Below are positions 10,000 through 19,285 of a stretch of DNA of 64,000 nucleotides, in pieces (within the stretch, counting starts at the first letter, position 1; every line of letters starts with the position of its first letter). Source of the DNA: Treponemataceae bacterium (lineage in GTDB: Bacteria > Spirochaetota > Spirochaetia > Treponematales > Rectinemataceae). The translations under genes were made by a program, and so were the position numbers. The notes below the pieces were generated by a model. The model had not been told where the DNA came from and searched no databases. It saw nothing but the letters and a program-made list of their open reading frames with translations. The stretch spans positions 2,272,001 to 2,336,000 of the forward strand of contig CAXXVZ010000003.1 in NCBI GenBank assembly GCA_963678065.2, written 5' to 3'.

Positions 10000-10129
10000 A
10001 GTTGAGATCGGCACTCAACCAATTTGCTGACTTGTACGGTGCGAGAGTACCGTTATGATTCGGCCGTTTACACAAAATTTGTTACAGGCCCTTGTGATGG
10101 CCGTTTATACAAAAATATGATACAGGCCC
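10000..10129 (+). mobile_element. IS256-family right-end remnant with two tandem terminal-repeat copies
   Basis: ORF tail SALNQFADLYGARVPL* resembles an IS256 transposase C-terminus, followed by GGCCGTTTACACAAAATTTGTTACAGGCCC (10062-10091) and GGCCGTTTATACAAAAATATGATACAGGCCC (10099-10129). Confidence 0.6.
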
Positions 10130-10149
10130 GTCTTGAAGTCTTTCCGTTA

Positions 10150-10515
10150 TTATATCCACTCGATTTTTTCTTTTGTAAATTCGTTTGTTTTATCGCCGGT
10201 ATTCACTACGTCGACTCGTTCCAAGAGTATTATTTCACATCCATCTTCCGAAAAAGGCTTGTGCTCTTTTCCTTTTTGAACAACAAACATTTCATCTTTA
10301 TTAAGCTCTACAGATTCATTCCGAAAGTCTATTCTCATCTTTCCTTTATGAACAATAAATATTTCATCACAATCTGCATGTGTATGCCACGTAAAATGAC
10401 CTTTAATTTTTACTACTTTTACCAAATAGTTATCCAATTGAGCTATACATTTGGGAGACCAATAGTCATCAAACAAGGAAAATTTTTCAATAAAATTTAT
10501 TGCCATTAATTGCAT
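10150..10515 (-). CDS. Cupin domain protein (cassette-like gene 4)
   Basis: FSLFDDYWSPK, FTWHTH-x-x-x-DEIF, GKEHKP, VNTGD; start could also be ATG 10506. Confidence 0.85.
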   Translation of the reverse strand: MQLMAINFIEKFSLFDDYWSPKCIAQLDNYLVKVVKIKGHFTWHTHADCDEIFIVHKGKMRIDFRNESVELNKDEMFVVQKGKEHKPFSEDGCEIILLERVDVVNTGDKTNEFTKEKIEWI

Positions 10516-10660
10516 CCTTTTCTCCTCCATATTGGTTCTTCTATCTGCTGTTAACCACATGCTGTTGTTTTGATCTTTCCAGTCAATCACGTATCTTCCT
10601 CAGCCGTCAAATGACGGCTTCTTCATGATCTTCTTGGTCGCCGCATGGGCCATAGTCCTG

Positions 10661-10683
10661 TCCGATTGAAGCGGTTGATCGAC
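10661..10683 (-). repeat. Partial attC-like site (R''/L'' half only)
   Basis: Minus strand GTCGATC-AACCG-CTTCAATCGGA just after the upstream gene's stop; matches the other two sites. Confidence 0.5.
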
Positions 10684-11334
10684 GAAATCATCATTGGCAA
10701 ATTTCCATTATTTTTTTCACACGTTCTTGTGTCTTTTTCCTTGGAAATCTTTCATACTCATTAGCAAATTTAATAATTTGTTTTTTTTGCTCATTTGTAA
10801 GATGCTTTGAAATCTTAATAAACGATTCAAGTATCCAATCATGTTCATTCATTATGACGTTGTTACATGATTCCAGCAGTATTGGATATACTTCTCCGGC
10901 AGCTTCTTCTGATGTTTCTCCATAATCCCCAAGAAATAGGTCTGCAGAACTTACTAAACACAATTGTCCATCGCATTTTTCCCGTATATACTTTTGTGCA
11001 AATGTAATCGCTTTCTGTGCTATTGCCGGCTTTTCTTTTGCACAGAATCCAAATGTCCTTATTATCATCCATCTCGTCTGTGGCTCATCTACGTCAAGTG
11101 CAGGTAATAGATCTTCCAAAAGGGGAGAAACCATATCAGGCTTTCCCATGGCAACGCATTCAACTATTTTTGAAGCCCCTGACCTGACGTTTTTTTCTTT
11201 TTTGTTTTTTGAACAATAACTTGCAAATTCAACAGCCTCTTTTAGTATTTCGATTTTTCCATTAAGTACCTCATCAGCAAGTTTTTTGCCTAATTCACTT
11301 GATACTGTCCCTTTATTCGTTTTGAGTTGTTCTA

Positions 11335-12475
11335 GTGTTCCGTCTTTTACAGATTGCCTAATAGCCCTTGGCAGTTGCAATGCTCGAAGAAATTTGTTCA
11401 GCAGATTTTACCCATTTGAATTTACGACCTGATGTATTCCAGCCTTTGATGAAATCGTCTATCGCCTTTTCAAGTTCATCAACACTGGTCCAACTATCGC
11501 GCCGAATTCGCTTAGTGGTGATTTCTCCAAACCAGCGTTCAACAAGATTCAGCCATGAAGAATGTGTCGGTATGAAGTGCTCAACAAATCGACCATTCAT
11601 CGAATCCAGATATTTCCTGACCTCTTGAGTTTTATGTGCAGAATAATTATCCGCAACGATATGAAGCGTCTTTCCCTTAGGGCTCTTGCGATTGACCATC
11701 TTCAAGAAAGAAATATAGTCAGCTGCCTTGTGTTGTTCCTTGCAGTCGCCGATTACTTTCCCGCTCACGACATTTAATGCTGCAAAAAGCGTTGTTGTAC
11801 CATGGCGATAGTAGTCGTGAGATTGACGTTCAGGAACACCGGGAAGCAACGGTAGAATCGGCTGCGATCGCTCTACGGCTTGAATCTGTGATTTCTCGTC
11901 CACACAAAGAACTATCGAGTTCTCGGGAGGATTGAGATACAAGCCGACGACATCTTCCAGCTTCTTTTCAAAATCAGGATCGGTGCTGAATTGAAAATGC
12001 TTCACCAGATGGGGCTTTAGTCCTCGTTCGCGAAGAATGGTATTCACCGAGGAATGCCCTATGCCAAGTTTTTTTGCCAACTCTCTCGTACTCCAATGCG
12101 TTCCCTGTTCAGGTTTTTCATTGCAGACAAGCGTACAAAGCTCATTCTTTACTTCGAGTGGAATTGGCTGTTTCCCTGGTTTTCTTGTTTTGTCAGTGAG
12201 TAAGGACTTTAATCCGCCCTCATTGTACCGGTGGACATACCGACTCACCGTGACATTATTAATCCCAAGAAACGCTGCTGTGTCGTTCGTTGATCGGTTA
12301 TGGGCTCTGCTTAGGACGGTTTGAAGACGTACAGCATATTTGTGCTGAATATCCCCGATAGCTAAAATCTTTTCCATAAGGATAACGTCTTCTTTGGTCG
12401 TGTTCGGTTTTACTTCTTTCGCCATGTGGTAAGTATAGCATACTTTTATTAGGTTGTCTGTATTGGACAGTACAC
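11335..12475 (-). mobile_element. IS630-family insertion sequence (~1.14 kb)
   Basis: Imperfect terminal IRs (24/32 identical including the flanking CTAG); TA at 11333-11334 and 12476-12477. Confidence 0.93.
11358..12425 (-). CDS. IS630-family transposase
   Basis: HWSTRELA, CVDEKSQIQA, YYRHGTTTLFAAL, DNYSAHK, SWLNLVERWF (DDE). Confidence 0.95.
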   Translation of the reverse strand: MAKEVKPNTTKEDVILMEKILAIGDIQHKYAVRLQTVLSRAHNRSTNDTAAFLGINNVTVSRYVHRYNEGGLKSLLTDKTRKPGKQPIPLEVKNELCTLVCNEKPEQGTHWSTRELAKKLGIGHSSVNTILRERGLKPHLVKHFQFSTDPDFEKKLEDVVGLYLNPPENSIVLCVDEKSQIQAVERSQPILPLLPGVPERQSHDYYRHGTTTLFAALNVVSGKVIGDCKEQHKAADYISFLKMVNRKSPKGKTLHIVADNYSAHKTQEVRKYLDSMNGRFVEHFIPTHSSWLNLVERWFGEITTKRIRRDSWTSVDELEKAIDDFIKGWNTSGRKFKWVKSAEQISSSIATAKGY

Positions 12476-12525
12476 TAGAATAGACATTGCTGGCCTCCAA
12501 ACACCATTCTCTTCCTGCGTCGTCC

Positions 12526-12623
12526 ACTTAGCATACGCTTAACCGGCACGGCATTCATTGACACGCGTTTTGGTGCATACAAACCGTGGCAATAGCCATG
12601 CCCGGTTGAAGTGTTTACTTGGC
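12526..12623 (-). repeat. Degenerate attC-like site
   Basis: Minus strand ...AAACA-CTTCAACCGG...CCGGTTAAG-CGTAT-GCTAAGT. L''/L' pair with an extrahelical C; the R boxes are mutated. Confidence 0.65.
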
Positions 12624-12633
12624 GCTTATCTTT

Positions 12634-13179
12634 TCACAAGTATTTCCTTGCGACAATTCGATTCCCGACTTTTTCATCAATGAATCCATTTTTTCTGTAC
12701 ATTGCGTATACTCCATGGTAGTTACTGTATTCATCTTCCGCTCTCTTATTTGGATACGCTTCGACTATTTTAAATTTCTCTTCCTTTGCATCATCGAGTG
12801 CTTGTCTCAGCAGCGCAGATGCAATCCCTTTCCCTCTGTAATTCTTTTCAACAATAAAACAGACTATTGATTTTACATACTCGTCTTCGTTTGGGTTTGA
12901 TATTTTTAATCTCGGATAACTATTCTTGCTATTTGCGTTGCACCATGCAATTGCATTGTCGTCATCGTAAGCCAGATAGCCCTGCATAATTCTGTTTTCG
13001 ATCAACCAAATTGCATAATCTCTCTTGCTGGAACTCAGTTTTTGATAGTTCTCGAATTTAGGTTGATAAAAAAAAGTACAATAGCATGTTCCCCATTCTT
13101 TGTGATCAAAAAATGCTCTATTGTCAAAAAAATCCAGCCAATCTCCGGCATTGGATGTATCTAGTTTTTCTATCCTCAT
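12634..13179 (-). CDS. GNAT family N-acetyltransferase (cassette-like gene 2)
   Basis: CYC, IVCFIV-x-x-x-YRGKGIASALL, EAYP, YHG-x-x-x-MY-x-K-x-GF. Confidence 0.9.
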   Translation of the reverse strand: MRIEKLDTSNAGDWLDFFDNRAFFDHKEWGTCYCTFFYQPKFENYQKLSSSKRDYAIWLIENRIMQGYLAYDDDNAIAWCNANSKNSYPRLKISNPNEDEYVKSIVCFIVEKNYRGKGIASALLRQALDDAKEEKFKIVEAYPNKRAEDEYSNYHGVYAMYRKNGFIDEKVGNRIVARKYL

Positions 13180-13209
13180 TTGCTTCTTCCTTCTTTGCGC
13201 GGTGCATCC

Positions 13210-13272
13210 ACCTATCAAAAGATTAACCGGCGGAGGGCTTGTCCCCGATGTCCGGTTAAGCGGTTGTCAGAT
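13210..13272 (-). repeat. Degenerate attC-like site
   Basis: Minus strand ATCTGAC-AACCG-CTTAACCGG...CCGGTTAAT-CTTTT-GATAGGT, overlapping the DUF488 stop codon. Confidence 0.65.
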
Positions 13273-13713
13273 ATGGAATATGTCTATGTTATCATAGATA
13301 TCCTTAAAGTACTCTGCAACAATTCTCCTGTGGCATTTTGTGGCAGTCGATTCACTACAAAGAAGGCATGCTGAATCTAGTTGTTCGACAGAGATATTGC
13401 GCTCAGGTCTGCGTTCGATCAGCAATTGTTTAAATAGTTGTTCAAATTCTTTCCATGCAATTTCATTTTTTCTGTATCTCTTCAACAGTTCATTTTTGGG
13501 TGCCAAATCAGTGATATGCAGATAATTGATTTTACAGATCTTTTCCAGGAAATATTTCAGATCTTCTTTTTTTGTATATCCAGCCAGCTGTGATACGTTA
13601 TTAAGTCGGATATCTATAACTACTTTGACATTATTTTCCATCAGTTTTTCAAAAAACTCTTTAGCATTCTTCTTGGTAAACCCAATTGTATAAAGTTTTG
13701 CTCTGGTATTCAT
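13267..13713 (-). CDS. DUF488 domain protein (cassette-like gene 1)
   Basis: LYTIGFTKK-x-A-x-x-FF, DIRLNN-x-SQLAG, CLLCSE-x-x-x-x-x-CHRR; GGAGG RBS. Confidence 0.9.
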   Translation of the reverse strand: MNTRAKLYTIGFTKKNAKEFFEKLMENNVKVVIDIRLNNVSQLAGYTKKEDLKYFLEKICKINYLHITDLAPKNELLKRYRKNEIAWKEFEQLFKQLLIERRPERNISVEQLDSACLLCSESTATKCHRRIVAEYFKDIYDNIDIFHI

Positions 13714-13856
13714 CGAAACCACCTCCTCTCCATAAGCAGCACTCTCTTTGTTTTCTATTATTTTAACCTAAGCCTATTCCATGTTGATATAGGAACGACA
13801 ATAAGTGTCTGTATACCCGAATCTTTCAGAAATTTACATGCAGTGTGTAGAGAACA

Positions 13857-14075
13857 ATGAGGAACATCGGTACGTCAAACAAGAAGGATGTCATCGAGAT
13901 TGCAGCCGGTACCGGCGGGATTATCTTGCCCCGCCCCGCTTCAAAGATCAGCCTGCTTGATATATATCGCGCATCGGAAGCGGTGAAAGAAGGACAGTTC
14001 TTCAAGATACATGAGGATACACAGCCCTCCGGTGTCCGGTTGGCGGAAATATCAAAGTCATTCTATAGTTACTGA
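13857..14075 (+). pseudogene. Rrf2-family regulator fragment
   Basis: IEIAAGTGGIIL-x-RPA-x-x-ISLLDIYRA...FKIH; N-terminal HTH missing, frame degrades. Confidence 0.65.
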
Positions 14076-14151
14076 TCTTTTCAATTATGGTAATCGGAAT
14101 CAGTTCCTATGAATGGATATTACGTCTTATTGATGAACAAATCATTTACCC

Positions 14152-16533
14152 TCATCGAAGTCGATCAAGCGCTTCGCCGAGTTTCTGGAGGCGTAGAGGC
14201 CGATCGTGCGCGAAGCGTGCAATCCTCTCCCTGATGTGGAATGGGGTGAGGTGGGCTTCATCGAGCACCTCATCGAGAGTGCCTCCCGTTCGCCAGCGGT
14301 TATCCCAGTCAGCCGACACTGAATACTCCTCACTGGTCTTTGAAAACAGCCAGTCGTGCATGAGCCATCGTGCCTGTGTGGTTATCACCATGGAATCGAT
14401 GCGGTCCGCATCGGAAAGAACAGATTCTCGGTATTGCGGCGACTGAAGCGAGAACAGTTGGTAACTGACCGCGCATACAACCTTTATACCGAGTTCATCC
14501 ATTTCCGGCAGAAGGGAGAGTATCGCATTCATGGCGCTCGTGCCCTGGATTATTACAGTTCCATTGTGTGGCCGTCCTGGAGCCGGAGACCGTACTACAT
14601 AGGCCCCCCGCGCTGCTTCAGTATGTGAGGGCATTCCCAATTTCTGCCGGTCGGGAATTTCTATGGCAGGACGTGTCAAGTGCAGTGCCACGATCGGAGC
14701 CTTCTGGCGAAAGGCCGCTGCCAGGACTACCGGGACCTCGTTGAACTCCCATGGATGGAGATTGATGACCTGCCCTTCGGGGAAAAGCTGCGTGACGCCG
14801 GGCTCGAATATTCCGAAATGAGTCCTGCTGTCATCGGCTGTTTCCGGTCCGGAGTGGCTCGCCACCCAAAGCACTTTCCCGATTTTCAGATCGCAATCTT
14901 GCGCCAACTGACTGAATAATCTGAATGGGCCGTAGAGGAGGTAGGAAAAAGAACCGTACGTCGATGTGGCGCCCCAAAATCCTTCGAATTCTTCAGCCGG
15001 GGTTCTGGCGATATTGCACGAGGCGATGCCGGCCATGATGCCGGCGTTTGCGAACTCAGTGATTTCCTGTGGCAGGAGCACGCCTTCTTCCGTGCCGGAA
15101 CGCTCATACCATCCATATCCGCGGAAATTGCCCTGAGGCCCGCCGAAACCGGCGATGTTGGTCGATCCCGCCAGATCGGCCGAGCTTGCAAGGAACAAGG
15201 GTTGGTCATAATTGGAGGCTCCAAAGCTGTTCACCCAGGCACCCCAACGCCCCAATGCCTCGCGATTGGCTCTCTTTTCGCCCGGCCTCGCGAAGAGCTC
15301 GGCGGGATAATTCGAAAAATCGTACAGTCTTCCGTCAAGGAATGGATTCCCGCGTTTTCCAAGTCTGTAGGTGGGGATTCTTTCCGGTACGCTCTCGCCG
15401 ATCGCCAGGAGGCGTTTGGCCAGTCTGTCGACGAGCGCCTCGTCTTCCCGGAGGACTTCGATCACTGTTTCCAGATTGGCCTTGAACTCGGCGCTCACGG
15501 CTTCTGGGCCGACTGGAGGCTCCCCTCCGAAATTGATGAAACGGGCTCCATATTTCCTGACGAACTCAGCCTTTGTCCGCCAGAAAATCTCGCTGTTCAT
15601 CGCATGCGGAGTTCCGTGCGAAGCATTGTCGTACTTCAGGTATCCGCGTCCTTTTCTCGTCTTGACCCAGATCGCTGTCGGCAGTTTCTTCGGGTTTTCC
15701 GCGCGCATCGTTTCCAGTAGCAGGTCGCATATCACATTGTAGTCTTCGCCTGCCTCCGTTCCAGCGACGCGCCACCCATGCGAACCAAACCAGTCTGTCG
15801 GCGATCCGTAGACCACGCTGCTCACCGGGTGATCATCTATCCCGAAATCGTTCCAATCGATGAGGAAAACCAGGTTGTTCAGCGCCAGTCCCCAGGCAGA
15901 GTTCATCGTTTCATGTGTCGCTCCGGGGGTGAGTCCCCCCTCTCCTTCCAGGACAAAGACTTTCACTTCATCGGCTCCGGCGCGCTTCAGCGCCACAGCG
16001 AGTCCCGCCGCAACGGGACTCCCATGACCTGATGCGCCGGTATTTGCCTTCACGAACAGCGATCGGCCCTGCATTTCCGGATGACCAGACAATCCTCCCC
16101 TTCTTCTGAAGCCGAGAAGATGTTCCACATACAAGGCGCGATGATCGGCATCAGCGATTTCATATCGCGGATCTCCGGTTCTGGAAAACTTGAGTCGCAT
16201 CGCTTCGTTCAAGACCGCCAAAGTGCAATAGACAAGAGGTGCGGTATGCCCGGCTCCCAGGACAAAACGGTCCGAAAATTGCTTCGTGAGATCACGTATA
16301 TCCCATCTCATGACACCACTGAGAAGTGTAGCGAGAAACAGCGGAAGTTTCGAACGGGATCCCCCGGGATGCCCGCTCTGTCGATAATTCAGGACGACAT
16401 CCATGAGCTGGTCGATTATATCTCTCAGCTTTTCCCATCCGGCGAAGTCGGGAAAAATCTCGCCAGCAAGTTCCCAATTTTTCGAGTCGCTTTCTTTCGT
16501 GTTAATTTCAGCACCTCGCTTTTCAATCACCAT
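14152..16533 (-). CDS. Single-chain transketolase-like ThDP enzyme (793 aa, atypical)
   Basis: SGHPGGS, DRFVLGAGH, GHPE, GEGG...DWN ThDP motif, SADLAGST, ITEF, DSRTH. Confidence 0.85.
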   Translation of the reverse strand: MVIEKRGAEINTKESDSKNWELAGEIFPDFAGWEKLRDIIDQLMDVVLNYRQSGHPGGSRSKLPLFLATLLSGVMRWDIRDLTKQFSDRFVLGAGHTAPLVYCTLAVLNEAMRLKFSRTGDPRYEIADADHRALYVEHLLGFRRRGGLSGHPEMQGRSLFVKANTGASGHGSPVAAGLAVALKRAGADEVKVFVLEGEGGLTPGATHETMNSAWGLALNNLVFLIDWNDFGIDDHPVSSVVYGSPTDWFGSHGWRVAGTEAGEDYNVICDLLLETMRAENPKKLPTAIWVKTRKGRGYLKYDNASHGTPHAMNSEIFWRTKAEFVRKYGARFINFGGEPPVGPEAVSAEFKANLETVIEVLREDEALVDRLAKRLLAIGESVPERIPTYRLGKRGNPFLDGRLYDFSNYPAELFARPGEKRANREALGRWGAWVNSFGASNYDQPLFLASSADLAGSTNIAGFGGPQGNFRGYGWYERSGTEEGVLLPQEITEFANAGIMAGIASCNIARTPAEEFEGFWGATSTYGSFSYLLYGPFRLFSQLAQDCDLKIGKVLWVASHSGPETADDSRTHFGIFEPGVTQLFPEGQVINLHPWEFNEVPVVLAAAFRQKAPIVALHLTRPAIEIPDRQKLGMPSHTEAARGAYVVRSPAPGRPHNGTVIIQGTSAMNAILSLLPEMDELGIKVVCAVSYQLFSLQSPQYRESVLSDADRIDSMVITTQARWLMHDWLFSKTSEEYSVSADWDNRWRTGGTLDEVLDEAHLTPFHIRERIARFAHDRPLRLQKLGEALDRLR

Positions 16534-17593
16534 CGTAGGTCAAAATCACTTTGATGGCTTCACGGCCGAGCATCAGTTTGAATCCTTCTTCCCACTTCGA
16601 TAGCGGGAGTCTGTGGGTGATCAACGACTTGGCGTCCAGCATGCCCCTTTTAAGAAGGTTGATGCTGTTCTTCCATGACACCGTGTTGTAGGCCATATGT
16701 CCCGTCAGCGTTACGCCCTTCATGGAAAGGTCGTTGATGGAGAATTCGAGAGGGGCGTATCCCATGCCAACCCTGACGATCTGGCCATTCGTCCTGATGA
16801 TTCCGAGCGACTGCTTCAGGACTGACGGGGCTCCCGCGCAATCGATGATCAGGGGAATTTCGTTCTTGCCGGCGATTTCTAGAATTCTCGCGGATGTGTC
16901 ATCCTCATCCCCGACGATCAGATGCGTCGCACCAAGTTTCTCCGCGACCTTGAAACGGACTTGTTTGTCCACACCCAACCCGACGAGTATGATATTGGCC
17001 GCCCCCATCAGTTTCGCCATCTGCAACGAAAACAAACCCAATGGTCCGGCGCCGAAGATGACCACATTCTCGCCTGGAAGCAACTGTGAACGCTGAGCCA
17101 CAGCCATGTATGCGTTGCTGATGGGATCGAGCAGCGCCGCTTCCTCGAACGAGATGTTATCGGGAATCCTGAACAAACAGTTCTTGTAGACTCGCATGAC
17201 CTGGCCCGGTATCTTCACGTATTTGGTGAATCCGCCGTCCATTCCCAAGCCTAGAGATTTCTTGTCCGGACACGTAAGGAAATTGCCGACGGAACAGGCG
17301 TAGCATTTCCCGCAGACGTATCCTGTGTTGTCGGATACGACCCTGTCGCCGATTTTCCAGTCGACAACATTCTTGCCGGCTTTGACTACGACGCCTGAAA
17401 ATTCGTGTCCCCATACCGAGAGTAGATCATTCGACCCGTTCTGGACCCCGAAATGCTTCAGGTCCGCTCCGCAGATCGCGGATGCCTTCACTTCCAGAAG
17501 CAGATCTTCGTCGCCGACCGCAGGTTCCGGGACGTCGATGTATTTGTATCCACCGAATAATGCAGGTGTGCCGTATCGTGCGAGAGCTTTCAC
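16523..17593 (-). CDS. ydjL: Zinc-binding dehydrogenase, YdjL homologue
   Basis: MKALAR-x-G...GGYK-x-IDVP, ICGAD, GHEF, RVVSDN, LDPISNAY, GHMAY, AIKVILTYD match E. coli YdjL as recalled. Confidence 0.85.
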   Translation of the reverse strand: MKALARYGTPALFGGYKYIDVPEPAVGDEDLLLEVKASAICGADLKHFGVQNGSNDLLSVWGHEFSGVVVKAGKNVVDWKIGDRVVSDNTGYVCGKCYACSVGNFLTCPDKKSLGLGMDGGFTKYVKIPGQVMRVYKNCLFRIPDNISFEEAALLDPISNAYMAVAQRSQLLPGENVVIFGAGPLGLFSLQMAKLMGAANIILVGLGVDKQVRFKVAEKLGATHLIVGDEDDTSARILEIAGKNEIPLIIDCAGAPSVLKQSLGIIRTNGQIVRVGMGYAPLEFSINDLSMKGVTLTGHMAYNTVSWKNSINLLKRGMLDAKSLITHRLPLSKWEEGFKLMLGREAIKVILTYDGD

Positions 17594-17700
17594 AACAACC
17601 TCCTCCGATATAATCTATGACGCCATCCCTATCGGATGCGCCTTTGCCGTATCTTGCAAACACCATCAGAGCGGCAGTTTCACGAAATCAGGACGAGGCA

Positions 17701-18564
17701 TCAAATCCCCGCAGCCCGGAAAACTGTCCCAAGGCAGGCTGCAGCATCCGCCACCGCCTGATCTAACGGCATGCTGGCGTATCGGTCCGTCGTCGGCCGC
17801 ATCGGTTCGACTATCACTGGTCCATCGTATCCACCACGGCACAGTTCCTTCAGTACCGACACGGAATCGATGATACCGTTCTCCATCGGCATCCCACGCT
17901 CGCTGTCGATCTGATCTTCCCGCGAATACTTCGGGCAGGCATCGTTGATATGAACATTCACTATTCTGCCGGTGTTGCGGGCGGCCAGATAGAGATCGTC
18001 CATCCTCCCCCCGGAACAGTACCAGTGGATGGTATCGAAGACGAATCCGATCCGCCTGTCGACGTAGTCCGCCAGGGCCATTATTCCCCCCAGAGAATGG
18101 ATAAATGGATTCCTGAAACTCGCGCGTACGGTTCTCGGTCCCATGAATTCGAGACCGTATTGTATTCCGCTGTCATCGAGGATTGCATACACCTTGCGCA
18201 TCCGCGCCGCGTGCCACCCGAAGTTTTCTTCGTATCCTCTTTCATCGTTCCCTGGCCAAATGTGGTTGTAAGCCCTTGTACAACCGGCGGCCTTTGCCCT
18301 CTGAGCCCATTGCGCAAGGAGCCGAAGCGCATCGTTGAAGGCATCATCAGGAACCTTGTACAAGTCGCAGGGTGTCATGATCAGGCCCCACCTCATGCCG
18401 AGAGCGGCCAGTCGCGCGCCCGCCTCCTTCGCCCCCTCGATCGTGTCGAAGGCTCCAGCTGGCATCTCTATCCCCTCGAAGCCGTTTTTTGCGGCCGCGA
18501 CAAGCAGATCCTCGAAGCCATACTTCGTAAGTCCCATCGTCCTTGGATTCAAGTTCATGTACAT
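17701..18564 (-). CDS. Sugar phosphate isomerase/epimerase (xylose isomerase-like TIM barrel)
   Basis: GFEGIE, GLEFMGP, DTIHWY, VHIND, GYDGPVIVEP; GAGGGG RBS before ATG 18564. Confidence 0.85.
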   Translation of the reverse strand: MYMNLNPRTMGLTKYGFEDLLVAAAKNGFEGIEMPAGAFDTIEGAKEAGARLAALGMRWGLIMTPCDLYKVPDDAFNDALRLLAQWAQRAKAAGCTRAYNHIWPGNDERGYEENFGWHAARMRKVYAILDDSGIQYGLEFMGPRTVRASFRNPFIHSLGGIMALADYVDRRIGFVFDTIHWYCSGGRMDDLYLAARNTGRIVNVHINDACPKYSREDQIDSERGMPMENGIIDSVSVLKELCRGGYDGPVIVEPMRPTTDRYASMPLDQAVADAAACLGTVFRAAGI

Positions 18565-18596
18565 TCGACGATCCCCTCTGGTTACTGTCTGCCGAC

Positions 18597-19235
18597 TTAT
18601 GTCACGACCTTGATGGCAAGTATCCGCTCGATCTCCGACTGGGGAATATCGACCATTGGTCCGAGTTGTTTCGCGATCGATGCAATCCGCGCGAATTTCT
18701 CCGCGGATTCGATTCTCTGGAACGCCTTTTCCAGCGTCGAAGCTACGGCAAGAATGCCATGATTTCCCAGCAACACGAGGTTGCGATCCTTTAACAGACC
18801 TTTCGCTTGATCGAGAATGTCGTCCGAACCCGGTTTGCCATAAGGTGCCACAGGAATATCCTTGAAATGGAACAGGATTTCCGGATGGCATTTGTAATCG
18901 ATCGGTATGTGGCAAATCGCATACGCAGTGAGATATACGGGATGGCAGTGTATTACAGCGCATATATCGTCGCGCACCTGGTAGGCTCCCTTATGCATCA
19001 GCAGTTCCGACGAAGCCTTCTTGGTTCCGGAAATCTGGACTCCTTCCTGATCGAATACTACGATCAATTCCTCCGTGAGTTCGCTCTTCCTCGTGCGTGC
19101 GGGCGTGATATACAGTAACCCGTCTTTTTTCGTCGAAAGGTTGCCCTCGAAGGTGTTCACCAACTGGGCTTCTTCCATCTTTTTGGCAACCCTTATAATT
19201 TCCTTGATGACTTCCGTATCTATCCGTGCGTTCAC
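18597..19235 (-). CDS. Class II aldolase/adducin family (fuculose-phosphate aldolase-like)
   Basis: EGNLS, ITP, ASSE-x-x-MH, VIHCHP, LGNHG. Confidence 0.9.
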   Translation of the reverse strand: MNARIDTEVIKEIIRVAKKMEEAQLVNTFEGNLSTKKDGLLYITPARTRKSELTEELIVVFDQEGVQISGTKKASSELLMHKGAYQVRDDICAVIHCHPVYLTAYAICHIPIDYKCHPEILFHFKDIPVAPYGKPGSDDILDQAKGLLKDRNLVLLGNHGILAVASTLEKAFQRIESAEKFARIASIAKQLGPMVDIPQSEIERILAIKVVT

Positions 19236-19285
19236 TGTGGTCCTCCTGGTACCTGCCCTGGCCGGGCTCTATTCACACATCTGCC

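Larger units (their letters stand above)
10691..12487 (-). pseudogene. Helical (HEAT/ARM-like) hypothetical protein interrupted in codon 4 by IS630 (cassette-like gene 3)
   Basis: Removing the IS restores GGAGG-N6-ATG TCT ATT CTA GAA CAA CTC (MSILEQLKTNKG..., 217 aa). Confidence 0.8.

Noticed and set aside
10062..10129. Mini CRISPR array (two ~30-bp repeats)
   Set aside because: Only two copies with a 7-bp spacer and no cas genes; better explained as IS ends
18565..18963. 420-aa version of the TIM-barrel epimerase
   Set aside because: Overlaps the aldolase gene on the same strand; the RBS supports ATG 18564
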